Part shown: positions 9,328-19,319 of the stretch, piece by piece
Layout of the letters: every line of letters begins with the position of its first letter
How positions within the stretch are numbered: the stretch's first letter is position 1
NCBI GenBank assembly: GCA_902794395.1
Contig: CADBHB010000001.1
Coordinates: 91,289 to 155,288 of the forward strand
Direction of reading: 5' to 3'
Source: an uncultured Ruminococcus sp.
Lineage (GTDB): Bacteria > Bacillota > Clostridia > Oscillospirales > Acutalibacteraceae
DNA: 64,000 nt
The notes under the pieces: model-generated
The model's input: the letters and a program-made list of their open reading frames with translations, nothing else
The model's database searches: none
What the model was told of the DNA's origin: nothing
Program-made: the position numbers and the translations under genes

Positions 9328-10914
9328 TCAATTATGCTTGATGACCGCTTCCGCGCACTTTATGCCGTCTACGGCGGCTGAGATTATGCCGCCCGCGTAG
9401 CCCGCGCCTTCACCGCAGGGGTACAGCCCCTTTACGGCTATTGAGCGCAGCGTCTCGGGGTCGCGCAAAATACGGATAGGGGAGGAGGAACGGGTCTCCG
9501 TACCCGTGAGCACCGCGTCGGGACAGTCAAAGCCGCGCAGCCGCCTGCCCATTTCTGTGATAGCCTGCTTCATGCTGTCACATACATAGTCGGGCAGGAT
9601 ATTATTAAGGTCGCTCGGCACGGCGTCGGGACCGATCGAAGGGACAACGTCGCCGAAATGCGCGGAGGCGCGGTTTTGCAAAAAGTCCTCCACCCGCTGC
9701 ACAGGCGCGGCGTAGGTGCCGCCGCCGAGGCGAAAGGCTTTTTCCTCCAGCTCGCGCTGGAAGTACATTCCCGCCAGCGGAGAGTCGTTGCCGTAGTCGT
9801 CGGGCGTGACGCTGACAAGCAGCGCCGCGTTGGAGTTTTCTTTGTCGCGGGCAAATTCGCTCATGCCGTTGGTGCACAGCCTGCCGCTCTCGCTTGAGGC
9901 ATTGACCACCGCGCCGCCCGGGCACATGCAAAAGGTGTAGGCGCCCCTGCCGTTGGCGGTGTGGACGTTCATTTTATAGGGCGCGGCGCCCAGGGCTTTG
10001 TGCCCCGCAAAGCTGCCGTACTGCGCTTTGTCTATCATTTCGCGGCGGTGCTCTATCCTTGCTCCCACCGAAAAGGGCTTTGGCTCTATGGGCAGTCGCT
10101 TGTCGGCAAGCATTTCAAAGGTGTCGCGCGCGCTGTGCCCTATGGCGAGGATGACGGAATCCGTTTCGATGGTCTCCGTTTTGCCGCCGCTTTCAACAAC
10201 AGCGGCGCACACGCGGTCATTCTTGACCTCATAGCCGGTTAGCTTGGTTTTAAAGAGCACCTTGCCGCCCAGAGAGATTATCTCGCGGCGGATATTTTTT
10301 ACGGTTATCTTGAGCTTGTCGGTGCCGATGTGAGGCTTGGCGTTATAGAGTATCTCCTCGGGAGCGCCGTGGCTCACAAATTCCTCCAGCACCTTGCGCT
10401 GACGGCTGTCCTTGGTGCCCGTGTTTAGCTTGCCGTCGGAAAAGGTGCCCGCACCGCCCTCGCCGAACTGTACGTTGGAGGTTTCGTCAAGCTGACCGCT
10501 CGTCCAAAAGCGCTGCACATCCGCTGTGCGGGCGTCGACGTCTCTGCCGCGCTCAACGACTATCGGCTTTGCGCCGCTCTGCGCCAGTACCAGCGCCGCG
10601 AACATGCCCGCGGGACCGAAGCCGACCACCACGGGAGAAGCGCCGCCCGTCCATTTGAGGGCTTCGTAGCGATAGGGGGTGACCTTTACCGCGTTTTTAG
10701 CCTTTCTCAGCAGGTTGTTTTCGTCTGCGGCGACCTCCACGTCGAGGGTGCAGGTAAAGTGCAGCTGAGCCTTTTTGCGGGCGTCGACCGAACGTCTGAA
10801 AAGGCTGACGGTCTTTATCGCCTTCGGCTCAACGCGCAGCTCTTTTGCCGCCGCTTTGCGCAGCACAGCGTCGTTGTATTCAAGGGGTATGTTGATGTTA
10901 TTTAGTCGTATCAT
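9328..10914 (-). CDS. FAD-dependent oxidoreductase (uncharacterised FAD-dependent dehydrogenase family)
   Basis: VVVGFGPAGMFAAL Rossmann motif, QFGEGGAGTFSDGKL, ETRSSSP, GEGAGYAGGI. Start MIRLNN overlaps the upstream stop (ATGA). Confidence 0.9.
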   Translation of the reverse strand: MIRLNNINIPLEYNDAVLRKAAAKELRVEPKAIKTVSLFRRSVDARKKAQLHFTCTLDVEVAADENNLLRKAKNAVKVTPYRYEALKWTGGASPVVVGFGPAGMFAALVLAQSGAKPIVVERGRDVDARTADVQRFWTSGQLDETSNVQFGEGGAGTFSDGKLNTGTKDSRQRKVLEEFVSHGAPEEILYNAKPHIGTDKLKITVKNIRREIISLGGKVLFKTKLTGYEVKNDRVCAAVVESGGKTETIETDSVILAIGHSARDTFEMLADKRLPIEPKPFSVGARIEHRREMIDKAQYGSFAGHKALGAAPYKMNVHTANGRGAYTFCMCPGGAVVNASSESGRLCTNGMSEFARDKENSNAALLVSVTPDDYGNDSPLAGMYFQRELEEKAFRLGGGTYAAPVQRVEDFLQNRASAHFGDVVPSIGPDAVPSDLNNILPDYVCDSMKQAITEMGRRLRGFDCPDAVLTGTETRSSSPIRILRDPETLRSIAVKGLYPCGEGAGYAGGIISAAVDGIKCAEAVIKHN

Positions 10915-12116
10915 AGCTGTTCTCCCGCGATAATGCCGCTCGCGAAGGCGAAGTGAAGGTTGTATCCGCCGCACACTCCGCAAATATCAAGCGCCTCTCC
11001 GCAGAAATAAAGGTTTTTGCGCAGGCGGCTTTCAAGGGTCACGGGGTCTACCTGACCCTTCACCGTCACGCCGCCCCTGCACGCCTGAGCGCGGTCAAAG
11101 CCCGCGTTGCCCTTTACCGAAAAACGCAGCGACTTTGCACATTCGGCGGCGCGGCGCAGCTCGTCCTCGCCAAGCGCGGAGCAGGGTCGGGAGAAGTTCT
11201 TGACTTCCGCCGCCTTCAGCACCGCCACAGCTATCCGCTTTTGCAGTATGCCGGTGAAAAGGTTGTCCGCGCTTTGCCGCGAAAAGCGATTTTGATTCTT
11301 TTGAAGAATATTATATAATTCTGTATCGGAAATATCAGGCAGGAGGTCGAGCGTTACGGTGCTGTCGGGAGTCGTGAACAGCGAAAGGTTGAACACGCAG
11401 ATGCCCGAGAGGTTGTCCTCATTGAACTGCACCTCGCCGCGCTCGCTCCTCAGCGTTTTTCCGCCTCTTTCCAGCCGTACCTCCGCCTGCGCACGCAGCC
11501 CCTTTAGAGATCTGAGTATGTCGGAGCGCACCAATATCGGGCAGAGCGCGGGGGAAAAGGGCACGGCGCGGTGACCGATGTTAAGCTGAGTCACGCTGTC
11601 GCAGCCGCCCAGCTTCGGAGCAGCTTTAGAGCCGGCGGCGATGACCAGCTTTTGCGCAAAGTAGGTGTTTTGTTTGGTTTGGACGCGGAAGGTGTTTTGA
11701 GCTTTGACGCTTACGGCGGTCTCGCCGCAGAACATCTCTACGCCCAGATTCTCGCAGTGGAAGCGCAGGACGTCGAGCACCGCGGACGCCTGCCGCGACA
11801 ACGGGTAGTAGCGCCCTTCGCTGTCCCTGAAGGTCAGCAGCCCGAGGCGTTGAAAGCGGTCGAGCAGTGTCGGGGTGTCGATGGCGTCAAACACGGGCTT
11901 CAGCGCCCACGCTTCGCCGACGTAATCGGCGGGACTTATGTTGTCGTGGGTTAGGTTGCACCTGCCGTTGCCGGTGGAAAGGAGCTTTTTGCCCACGCGG
12001 TCGTTTTTTTCAATAACGGCGACGCGCAGGCTCGGATTATGTTGTTTAGCGGTAACGGCGCAGAGCAAGCCCGAAGCGCCGCCGCCGATGATTATAATGT
12101 CAAAGTGTAGGTTCAT
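10911..12116 (-). CDS. HI0933/YhiN (BaiN-like) flavoprotein
   Basis: IIGGGASG, GKKLLSTGNGRCNLT, AQACRGGV, GGYNLHFAF. True start MNLHF behind an AGGAG RBS; the ORF-track extension to 12530 runs through repeats. Confidence 0.9.
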   Translation of the reverse strand: MNLHFDIIIIGGGASGLLCAVTAKQHNPSLRVAVIEKNDRVGKKLLSTGNGRCNLTHDNISPADYVGEAWALKPVFDAIDTPTLLDRFQRLGLLTFRDSEGRYYPLSRQASAVLDVLRFHCENLGVEMFCGETAVSVKAQNTFRVQTKQNTYFAQKLVIAAGSKAAPKLGGCDSVTQLNIGHRAVPFSPALCPILVRSDILRSLKGLRAQAEVRLERGGKTLRSERGEVQFNEDNLSGICVFNLSLFTTPDSTVTLDLLPDISDTELYNILQKNQNRFSRQSADNLFTGILQKRIAVAVLKAAEVKNFSRPCSALGEDELRRAAECAKSLRFSVKGNAGFDRAQACRGGVTVKGQVDPVTLESRLRKNLYFCGEALDICGVCGGYNLHFAFASGIIAGEQL

Positions 12117-12131
12117 TGTGACTCCTAAAAC

Positions 12132-12549
12132 ACAAGGCAGCGGAACGCTGCACCACGCCCGCCTTTGGAAGCGCGGATATGTTTCACACGTATGCGCAAC
12201 GGCGGGGATAGAACAGTAATGAAAAACAAGACAAGGCAGCGGAACGCTGCACCACGCCCGCCTTTGGAAGCGCGGATATGTTTCACACGTATGCGCAACG
12301 GCGGGGCGATCCTTTCTGCTCAAACAAGACAAGGCAGCGGAACGCTGCACCACGCCCGCCTTTGGAAACGCGGATGTATTTCGCACGTTTGCGCAACGGC
12401 GGGGATAGAACAATAATGAAAAACAAGACAAGGCAGCGGAACGCTGCACCACGCCCGCCTTTGGAAACGCGGATGTATTTCGCACATTTGCGCAACGGCG
12501 GGGATAGAACAATAATGAAAAACAAGACAAGGCAGCGGAACGCTGCCTT
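12132..12549. repeat. Tandem array of 4 full ~99-bp hairpin-rich units plus a terminal 18-bp terminator hairpin
   Basis: ACAAGGCAGCGGAACGCTGC recurs at 12132, 12231, 12329, 12428 and 12527 (periods 99, 98, 99, 99). Confidence 0.95.
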
Positions 12550-12559
12550 TCGATTAAAA

Positions 12560-13054
12560 CTATTTCGCGTTTGCCATAAGCGAGAATATGCCGCCCATGC
12601 CCATTTTGACCGCGTAAGTGCCCGCGCCCATGATGGTGCCGGCGATCAGCACGCCGCAGATTACTGCTATAACGCTCTTTTTAAAGCCCATATTCAAAAA
12701 GCTTGCCGCAAGCGTTCCGGTCCACGCGCCCGTGCCGGGGATGGGTATGCCTACAAAAAGCATCAGCGCGACAAAGAGTCCCTTGCCGCCGTTCTTTTGC
12801 AGCTTTTGACCGCCTTTTTCACCCTTTTTAAGGCACCAGGTGAAAAACTTGCCGATGACCTTTTTATCCTTGCCCCAAAGCAGGACCTTTCTGGCGAAAA
12901 AATAGATAAACGGAACGGGGATCATATTGCCGATGATGCAGATAGGGAACAGCCAAAAGACGTTAAGACCCTTGGCGATGCCAAAGGGGATAGCGCCTCT
13001 CAGCTCGATTATCGGCACCATGGAAATCAAAAAGCAAACTAAATACCAAATCAA
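12560..13054 (-). CDS. Small multi-drug export (COG2426-like) membrane protein
   Basis: SMVPIIELRGAIP and FVGIPIPGTGAWTG motifs; likely TTG start behind an AAGGAG RBS. Confidence 0.85.
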   Translation of the reverse strand: MIWYLVCFLISMVPIIELRGAIPFGIAKGLNVFWLFPICIIGNMIPVPFIYFFARKVLLWGKDKKVIGKFFTWCLKKGEKGGQKLQKNGGKGLFVALMLFVGIPIPGTGAWTGTLAASFLNMGFKKSVIAVICGVLIAGTIMGAGTYAVKMGMGGIFSLMANAK

Positions 13055-13090
13055 AATACGACGCTCCTTACTCTGTTTTAAAGTCAATTC

Positions 13091-13119
13091 AGTATAGCAG
13101 AAATAGTGATATTTTTCAA
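13091..13119 (-). promoter_or_regulatory. Sigma-A promoter for the COG2426 gene (and possibly the flavoprotein genes)
   Basis: TTGAAA-17 bp-TATACT on the minus strand. Confidence 0.65.
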
Positions 13120-13180
13120 TACATTCGGCGAATGTTCCCGAGTTTATTCAAGACAGCCGCTTTTTTTCCCTTTTTTTTCA

Positions 13181-13208
13181 TTGACTTTGCCCAGTTTTAG
13201 TGTAAAAT
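13181..13208 (+). promoter_or_regulatory. Divergent promoter for vanZ-like/MATE genes
   Basis: TTGACT-16 bp-TAAAAT. Confidence 0.55.
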
Positions 13209-13230
13209 AGAAAGCGTATGGAGTGATTTA

Positions 13231-13701
13231 ATGGAAAAGGATAGGGCTTCCAAGCGGTTTACCGCTGTGATTTTTTCACTGACAGCTGCTATGATGCTGT
13301 TTGCGTGGATCCACTCGTGTTTTCCGGCAGACCTTTCCTCGCGCGAGAGCGAGGGCGTTATGATGCTGGTGTACAAGCTGTTCGCGCTGTTTGGCGCCGG
13401 GCAGGCGCTTACTCAGCATCTTATACGCAAGCTGGCGCATTTTACGGAGTTTTTTGCGGTCGGCGCCTTGCAGTTTGGCTGCGCCTACTGCTTTGACAGG
13501 CGGCGCCCCTGGCGCTTCGGCGTTTATGTGCTGTCGGCGGGCTTGATGACCGCGGTGATCGACGAAACTATACAGCTCTTTGTCGAGGGACGCGCCGGTA
13601 TGATCGCGGATGTGTGGATAGACCTTGCGGGCGTTTGCTGCGGCGCGGCGCTTATGCTGGGCTGCATTGCCCTGCGTATGAAGCGGAAAGGAAGGAAATG
13701 A
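13231..13701 (+). CDS. VanZ family protein
   Basis: IRKLAHFTEF, DETIQLFVEGRAG and DVWID motifs. Confidence 0.9.
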   Translation: MEKDRASKRFTAVIFSLTAAMMLFAWIHSCFPADLSSRESEGVMMLVYKLFALFGAGQALTQHLIRKLAHFTEFFAVGALQFGCAYCFDRRRPWRFGVYVLSAGLMTAVIDETIQLFVEGRAGMIADVWIDLAGVCCGAALMLGCIALRMKRKGRK

Positions 13702-13705
13702 AGCT

Positions 13706-15097
13706 ATGGCGAAAGAAGCGCTTCAAAAAGAAAACAAGATGGGCACCATGCCCATGACAAAGCTGATTTTGAGTATGTCGCTGCCCGCGATGTTTTCAAT
13801 GACCATAATGGCTATGTACAACGTGGTGGACAGCATATTTATCAGCAAATACGATATGGACGGCTTTACTGCGGTGTCGCTGGCATATCCGCTGCAGCTG
13901 CTGCTAATAGCCGCCTCTGTGGGCACCGCCGTGGGTGTCAACTCGCTGGTGTCGCGCAAGCTGGGCGAAAAGGATTTTAAAACGGCTAACTCCGTCGCTA
14001 CGCACGGACTGCTGCTGTGTTCGGTAACCTACGCCTGCTTTTTGCTTATAGGACTGTTCGCGGTGCGCCCGTTCATGGAGGCGTTCAGCCGCAATCCGCG
14101 CGTCATAGAGGCGGGCGTGCAGTACTTTACCTGCGTGCTGTGCCTGTCGCTCTTTGCCATAGTGCAGATAATGATAGAAAAGACGCTGCAGGCTACGGGC
14201 AATATGATATATCCCATGCTGTTCCAGCTTATGGGCGCGGTGGTCAACATCATCTTTGACCCGCTGCTTATCTTCGGCATAGGTATCTTTCCCGAGATGG
14301 GCGTGCTCGGCGCGGCTGTGGCTACGGTGTTCGGACAGTTCTGCGGCATGGTGTTTTCCGTGGTGGTGCTTTTTACGCGGTCGCACCGCATCCGCATAAG
14401 CTTCAAGGGCTTCCGCGTAAACGCGATGATCGTTAAGAACATCTACGCGGTGGGCTTTCCCTCAATTATTATGCAGAGCATCGGCGCGGTTATGATGCTG
14501 GGGCTCAACGCCATTTTTCAGGCGTACGATTCGATCGTGTCGGTGGACGTGTTCGGCATCTATTTTAAACTGCAGAGCTTTGTGTTCATGCCCTGCTTCG
14601 GACTCAGCCAGGGAGTCATGCCGATAATCGGCTACAACTACGGCGCGCGCAACAAGGCGCGTATGTACTCGGCGATAAAGCGCGGCGTGATAATCGCGGT
14701 GATAATAATGTCGGTCGGAGTGGTGCTGATGTGGACGATACCCGACCTGCTGCTGTCGATGTTCGGCGACGAGTCAAGCTTTACCGATGTAGACCCTCAA
14801 ACGCTCAGAGAGGTGGGCGAAAAGGCGTTCCGCATAATCAGCCTTTGCTTCCTTCCCGCTGCCGCGGGCATCATTTTGACCACCATGTTCCAGGCTGTGG
14901 GCAGAGGCTTCCGAAGTATGATGATGTCGTTCTGCCGCCAGCTTATCCTGCTGCTGCCCATGGCGTTTGTGCTGTCGCTGACGCTCGGCGTCGCCTATGC
15001 GTGGTACGCTTTCCCGATAGCGGAGTTCGGCTCGCTGGCGCTGGCGCTGGTGCTGTTCGTGAATCTGGTCAAAACGGATTTCAAGGATCTGAAATAG
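13706..15097 (+). CDS. MATE family efflux transporter
   Basis: YNVVDSIF, NIIFDPLLIFG, GVLGAAVAT, PIIGYNYGA; 12 TM. Confidence 0.95.
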   Translation: MAKEALQKENKMGTMPMTKLILSMSLPAMFSMTIMAMYNVVDSIFISKYDMDGFTAVSLAYPLQLLLIAASVGTAVGVNSLVSRKLGEKDFKTANSVATHGLLLCSVTYACFLLIGLFAVRPFMEAFSRNPRVIEAGVQYFTCVLCLSLFAIVQIMIEKTLQATGNMIYPMLFQLMGAVVNIIFDPLLIFGIGIFPEMGVLGAAVATVFGQFCGMVFSVVVLFTRSHRIRISFKGFRVNAMIVKNIYAVGFPSIIMQSIGAVMMLGLNAIFQAYDSIVSVDVFGIYFKLQSFVFMPCFGLSQGVMPIIGYNYGARNKARMYSAIKRGVIIAVIIMSVGVVLMWTIPDLLLSMFGDESSFTDVDPQTLREVGEKAFRIISLCFLPAAAGIILTTMFQAVGRGFRSMMMSFCRQLILLLPMAFVLSLTLGVAYAWYAFPIAEFGSLALALVLFVNLVKTDFKDLK

Positions 15098-15133
15098 TAT
15101 GTTTTATCACCTCGGCGCATATACTGCGTTGAG

Positions 15134-15472
15134 GTGATTTTTTTGGAGGAGCGCAGGGACAACATCAGCTACGACGAGGGCTGGCAGAGCGTAAGCGTGC
15201 CGGAGCCGGCGCTGACGGTGACGCCCGAGGAGGAGCCGGAGGCTCACTCATCGCGGCGCAGGCGGTTTCCAAAGCAGCCTGTGCTTACGCTGCGGCTGGC
15301 GGTCTGCCTGCTGCTGGGCTTTGCGGCGTTTGGCTGGCGGAGCGTCGGCGGCGCGGCGTATGAGCGGGCAAAGGCGGAGTATTCGGCGGCGCTGAACGAT
15401 ACCGCCATCTTTGATAAAGCCCGCGGCTTTGATATGAAAAGCCTCAGCGGCGCTACGGCGGATGAGATTTAA
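15134..15472 (+). CDS. Small single-TM hypothetical protein in the position of spoIVFA
   Basis: One hydrophobic segment; overlaps the start of the M50 protease; no M23 domain visible. Start may be TTG 15143. Confidence 0.55.
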   Translation: MIFLEERRDNISYDEGWQSVSVPEPALTVTPEEEPEAHSSRRRRFPKQPVLTLRLAVCLLLGFAAFGWRSVGGAAYERAKAEYSAALNDTAIFDKARGFDMKSLSGATADEI

Positions 15473-16067
15473 GCTCGGCGGCACCGAGGCGGAGCTTTCG
15501 TTCTCGCTGCTGTGCGCGGCGGCGCTTTGCGCGGTGTCGGGCATGATGAAGGGCTTTTTATGGTGCGTTTCGGCTATCCTGCTGCACGAGGGCGGGCACA
15601 TTTTGATGATGCGGCGGCTCGGATATTTTCCTGAAAGAATAAAAATCTCGCTGTTTGAGATCACCATAGAGGACGGCGGCAGACAGAGCAGAAAAGCGTA
15701 TGAAAACGCCCTCATCATTTTTTTCGGACCTTTTGCGAATTTTATTTGTTTTTCGCTGAGTTTTCTGTTATACTTAGGGGGTATGGAAAAGCTGTTGCCC
15801 TTCGCGGCGGCAAATCTGTCGGTGGGACTGTTCAACAGCCTGCCCGTTTTGTCGCTGGACGGCGGACAACTGCTGTATCTGGGGCTGTGCCGTCGGCACG
15901 CTCCGCGATTTGCCGAGAGGGCGGTGGACGCCGCTACCTTTTGCTGCGTGTTCCCGCTTGCGGTGCTCGGCTTTATGCTGCTGCTGCGCTCAAGGTACAA
16001 CGTGTCGCTGCTGTTTGTCAGCCTGTATCTGGCGGCGTCGCCCCTGCTGCGCAGAGAGCACTTTTAA
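15462..16067 (+). CDS. Site-2 protease (peptidase M50), SpoIVFB-like
   Basis: HEGGH (HExxH) and FNSLPVLSLDGG (NxxPxxxLDG) motifs in a hydrophobic protein. Confidence 0.85.
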   Translation: MRFKLGGTEAELSFSLLCAAALCAVSGMMKGFLWCVSAILLHEGGHILMMRRLGYFPERIKISLFEITIEDGGRQSRKAYENALIIFFGPFANFICFSLSFLLYLGGMEKLLPFAAANLSVGLFNSLPVLSLDGGQLLYLGLCRRHAPRFAERAVDAATFCCVFPLAVLGFMLLLRSRYNVSLLFVSLYLAASPLLRREHF

Positions 16068-16115
16068 GGCGGGGCATAGTTTTACGAGAAAATAATTTAT
16101 CCGGAGGGGAAAAAG

Positions 16116-18008
16116 ATGGTCAACAGGGAAGTGGAAAAGCTGCTTTTGAAGGTCCAAAAGCCCGGCAGGTATGTGGGCGGTGAGCTGAATGAAGTGATAA
16201 AGGATAAAAAGGATGTGGACCTGCGCTTCGCGTTTTGTTTTCCGGATACCTACGAGGTGGGCATGTCGCATTTGGGCATGAAGATCCTTTACAGCCTGTT
16301 CAACAGCGTGCCCTACATCTGGTGCGAGCGAGTGTTTGCGCCGTGGATAGATATGGAGGAGGAGATGCGCAGGCATAACATCCCTCTGTACGCGCTCGAG
16401 AGCGGCGACCCTATTTCGGACTTTGATTTTATCGGCTTTACCTTGCAGTATGAGCTGAGTTATTCCAATATGCTTAATATGCTTAAAATGGGCAACGTGC
16501 CGATACTGTCGAGCGAGCGCACCGAGCTTAAGAATATCGTCGTCGCGGGAGGTCCCTGCGCCTGCAACCCCGAGCCTATAGCGGATTTTGTAGACATCTT
16601 TTTCATAGGCGAGGGCGAGGAGGTTGACCTCGAGGTGATGGAGATATTCCGCCGCTGCCGCGACGAAGGCGCGGACAAGCCCGAGTTTCTGCGCCGCTGC
16701 GCGCAGGTGGAGGGCGTTTATGTGCCCGCGCTGTACGAGGTCGAGTATAACGAGGACGGCACTATAAAGAGCTTTACGCCTAAGGACGGCGCGCCCGCGG
16801 TAATACGCAAGCGCCTTATGCTCGATATGGACAAGTCCTATTACCCCGACAACTTTGTGGTGCCGCTGATCGAGATAGTCCACGACCGCGCGGTGCAGGA
16901 GATATTCCGAGGCTGCATCCGAGGCTGCCGCTTCTGCCAGGCGGGCTTCCTCTATCGACCGGTGCGCGAAAAATCTCCCGATACCATCAATGCCCAGTGC
17001 CGCGCGCTCTGCGACAACACGGGCTATGACGAGGTGTCGCTGTCGTCGCTAAGCTCAAGCGACTACAGCCGGATAGTGCCTTTGCTTGAAAAGCTGACCG
17101 ACTGGACATACGGGGAAAAGGTGAGCATCTCGCTGCCTTCGCTGCGCGTGGACGGCTTTTCGGACGAGATAATGAACAGGATAAAAACCGTGCGCAAAAG
17201 CGGACTTACCTTTGCCCCCGAGGCGGGCAGTCAGCGGCTGCGCGACGTCATCAACAAAAACGTGCGCCACGATGAGCTGATGCAGACCTGCGCCACCGCC
17301 TTCGCGGGCGGCTGGACGACGGTTAAGCTCTATTTTATGATCGGACTTCCCACCGAAACCATGGATGATGTGGCGGATATTGCCCACCTGGGTCAGGATG
17401 TAGTGGAGACCTTCTATCACACGCCCGAGCGCGCCAAGGGCAAGAGCGTGCGCGTGACGGTGTCGGCGTCGAGCTTTGTGCCCAAGCCCTTCACGCCGTT
17501 CCAGTGGGAGCCTCAGGACACTATCCCCGTGTTGCACGAAAAGCAGCGGCATATCAAGGACAGCATAAAGTCCAAGAAGATCAGCTTCAACTATCACGAC
17601 GCGGACACCAGCTTTTTGGAGGCTGTGTTTGCCAGGGGCGACCGCAAGCTGTGCCGCGTTATGCAGACAGCCTGCGAGCGCGGGTTCCACTTTGACGGCT
17701 GGAACGACTGCTTCGATCTGGACAAGTGGCTGGAGATCTTTGAGGAGTGCGGCATCGACCCCGCGTTTTACGCCAACCGCCGCCGCAGCTTTGACGAGAT
17801 ACTGCCGTGGGATCACCTTGACTACGGAGTTAAAAAGAGCTTTTTGATAAAGGAGTGTCAAAAGGCTTATGAAAATACCACGACGCCGCATTGTCGCCTG
17901 CAGTGCTCGCAGTGCGGCGCGGCAAAATACGGAAAGGGTGTATGTTTTGAAGAACTTAAGGATCTGGTTTCAAAAGTGTATGGAGTGCCGCTATATCTCG
18001 CACCTTGA
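16116..18008 (+). CDS. B12-binding radical SAM protein (TIGR03960-like)
   Basis: VQKPGRYVGGE N-terminus, FPDTYEVGMSHLG, CxxxCxxC (RGCIRGCRFCQAG), FAPEAGSQRLR. Confidence 0.9.
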   Translation: MVNREVEKLLLKVQKPGRYVGGELNEVIKDKKDVDLRFAFCFPDTYEVGMSHLGMKILYSLFNSVPYIWCERVFAPWIDMEEEMRRHNIPLYALESGDPISDFDFIGFTLQYELSYSNMLNMLKMGNVPILSSERTELKNIVVAGGPCACNPEPIADFVDIFFIGEGEEVDLEVMEIFRRCRDEGADKPEFLRRCAQVEGVYVPALYEVEYNEDGTIKSFTPKDGAPAVIRKRLMLDMDKSYYPDNFVVPLIEIVHDRAVQEIFRGCIRGCRFCQAGFLYRPVREKSPDTINAQCRALCDNTGYDEVSLSSLSSSDYSRIVPLLEKLTDWTYGEKVSISLPSLRVDGFSDEIMNRIKTVRKSGLTFAPEAGSQRLRDVINKNVRHDELMQTCATAFAGGWTTVKLYFMIGLPTETMDDVADIAHLGQDVVETFYHTPERAKGKSVRVTVSASSFVPKPFTPFQWEPQDTIPVLHEKQRHIKDSIKSKKISFNYHDADTSFLEAVFARGDRKLCRVMQTACERGFHFDGWNDCFDLDKWLEIFEECGIDPAFYANRRRSFDEILPWDHLDYGVKKSFLIKECQKAYENTTTPHCRLQCSQCGAAKYGKGVCFEELKDLVSKVYGVPLYLAP

Positions 18009-18606
18009 CCTCAACCGCACCATGCTGCGCGCCCTGCACAAAAGCAAAATACCTATTTGGCACACCGAGGGCTTCAATCCCCACCCCTTTGCCACCTTTC
18101 CGCTGCCGCTGTCGCTGGGCTTTCGCGGCGTGAACGAGTGCATGGACGTCAAGCTCGAGGATGATGATTATTCTTTTGAAGAAATAATAACGAAGCTTAA
18201 CGCCTGCCTGCCGCGCGGCATCCGCGTATTTGACGTGACCGAGGCGGTGATGAAGGCGGGCAAGATAGCCTACGCTTCCTTTACGGTAAAGCTGTCGGAG
18301 GAAAAAACGCCTTCGTCGGCTATCTGCAGTGAGCTGGAGGCTCTGCTGTCACAGGATGAGATACTAATTGAGAAAAAGTCCAAAAAGGGCTTCAAGACCG
18401 TGGACATCAAGCCCGCGGTGCAGTCGTATGAGATCAGCGAGCGCTTTGATTTCGCGCAGCTCGACATCATGCTGTCGGCGGGCAGCACCGATAATGTCAA
18501 CCCCAATTTGCTGGTGACCGCCCTTCAAAACAAAACCGGCGCCGAGTACGAGGCGGACATAACGCGCAACGATCTTTACAACGCGGAAAAAGAGCCGTTC
18601 AGGTAG
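17947..18606 (+). CDS. Radical SAM-linked protein (TIGR03936-like)
   Basis: RYISHLDL and TEGFNPHP motifs; overlaps the 3' end of the radical SAM gene; start (TTG) inferred. Confidence 0.85.
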   Translation: MKNLRIWFQKCMECRYISHLDLNRTMLRALHKSKIPIWHTEGFNPHPFATFPLPLSLGFRGVNECMDVKLEDDDYSFEEIITKLNACLPRGIRVFDVTEAVMKAGKIAYASFTVKLSEEKTPSSAICSELEALLSQDEILIEKKSKKGFKTVDIKPAVQSYEISERFDFAQLDIMLSAGSTDNVNPNLLVTALQNKTGAEYEADITRNDLYNAEKEPFR

Positions 18607-18614
18607 GTGAGAGG

Positions 18615-19304
18615 ATGTTTGAGTTTACTATCAGGGAGGCGGAGTTTCTAAACCGCTTCAAGGAAAAGATAAGCGAGTATATCAACAAGTCGTACAAGTA
18701 TACGATGAGCTTTTTGGCAAGTCCCGTGGTCTGTGACTACCGCGACAACGAGCGGCTCATACTTATTTCGGTCAACAAGTCGGTGTATCAAAATCTGTAC
18801 AGCTTCATGCACCTCAACGACAACCATATGCAGTACGCGGCTTTTGCCTGTCTTGAAAACGCGCTTTACGCCATGCGGTTTTACCGCGCGCTTGTTCTGT
18901 ACCCCGATCACCTGCACACGTTCATCACCAGCTCGGATTTCACGCTGGAGGAGAGCGAAAAGACCGAAAAGGCTGAGCGGGAGCAAAAGGAATACTCGGA
19001 AAACGAGGAGCAATTTTCCGTAATAGAATTTTACAACGCTCTGCACAGCTTCAATACCTTTGTGCTTAAAAGCCCCGCCATCTCATCTCAGCTGCACAAC
19101 CGTAACCTGTTTTTGGGGTTGTCCTGCGGCAAAGAGCTCAGCGACGAGCTTCAGGACGAGGTGCGCAAGAATCTGGCGGGAACATACCTGTCGCTGCGCA
19201 AGCATGTGGCGCTGTTTTTCAACGGCGGTCTGGACGAGAATATGGAGGACTTTGAGGACGAGCTCGACGAGCTGTTCAAGGAATATGTAGGAAAGTTTTC
19301 ATAA
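18615..19304 (+). CDS. Hypothetical protein (229 aa)
   Basis: GAGGA RBS, host-like codon usage, no recognisable motif. Confidence 0.75.
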   Translation: MFEFTIREAEFLNRFKEKISEYINKSYKYTMSFLASPVVCDYRDNERLILISVNKSVYQNLYSFMHLNDNHMQYAAFACLENALYAMRFYRALVLYPDHLHTFITSSDFTLEESEKTEKAEREQKEYSENEEQFSVIEFYNALHSFNTFVLKSPAISSQLHNRNLFLGLSCGKELSDELQDEVRKNLAGTYLSLRKHVALFFNGGLDENMEDFEDELDELFKEYVGKFS

Positions 19305-19319
19305 TGTTTTTGGGAAAGC

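Noticed and set aside
12117-12530. 138-aa N-terminal extension of the HI0933 flavoprotein and other ORFs across the array (12165-12416, 12278-13042, 12283-12525)
   Set aside because: These are products of a 33-codon repeat period; the real start has its own RBS at 12116.
12132-12549. CRISPR array
   Set aside because: Units are near-identical along their whole length, with no unique spacers, and no cas genes are in the window.
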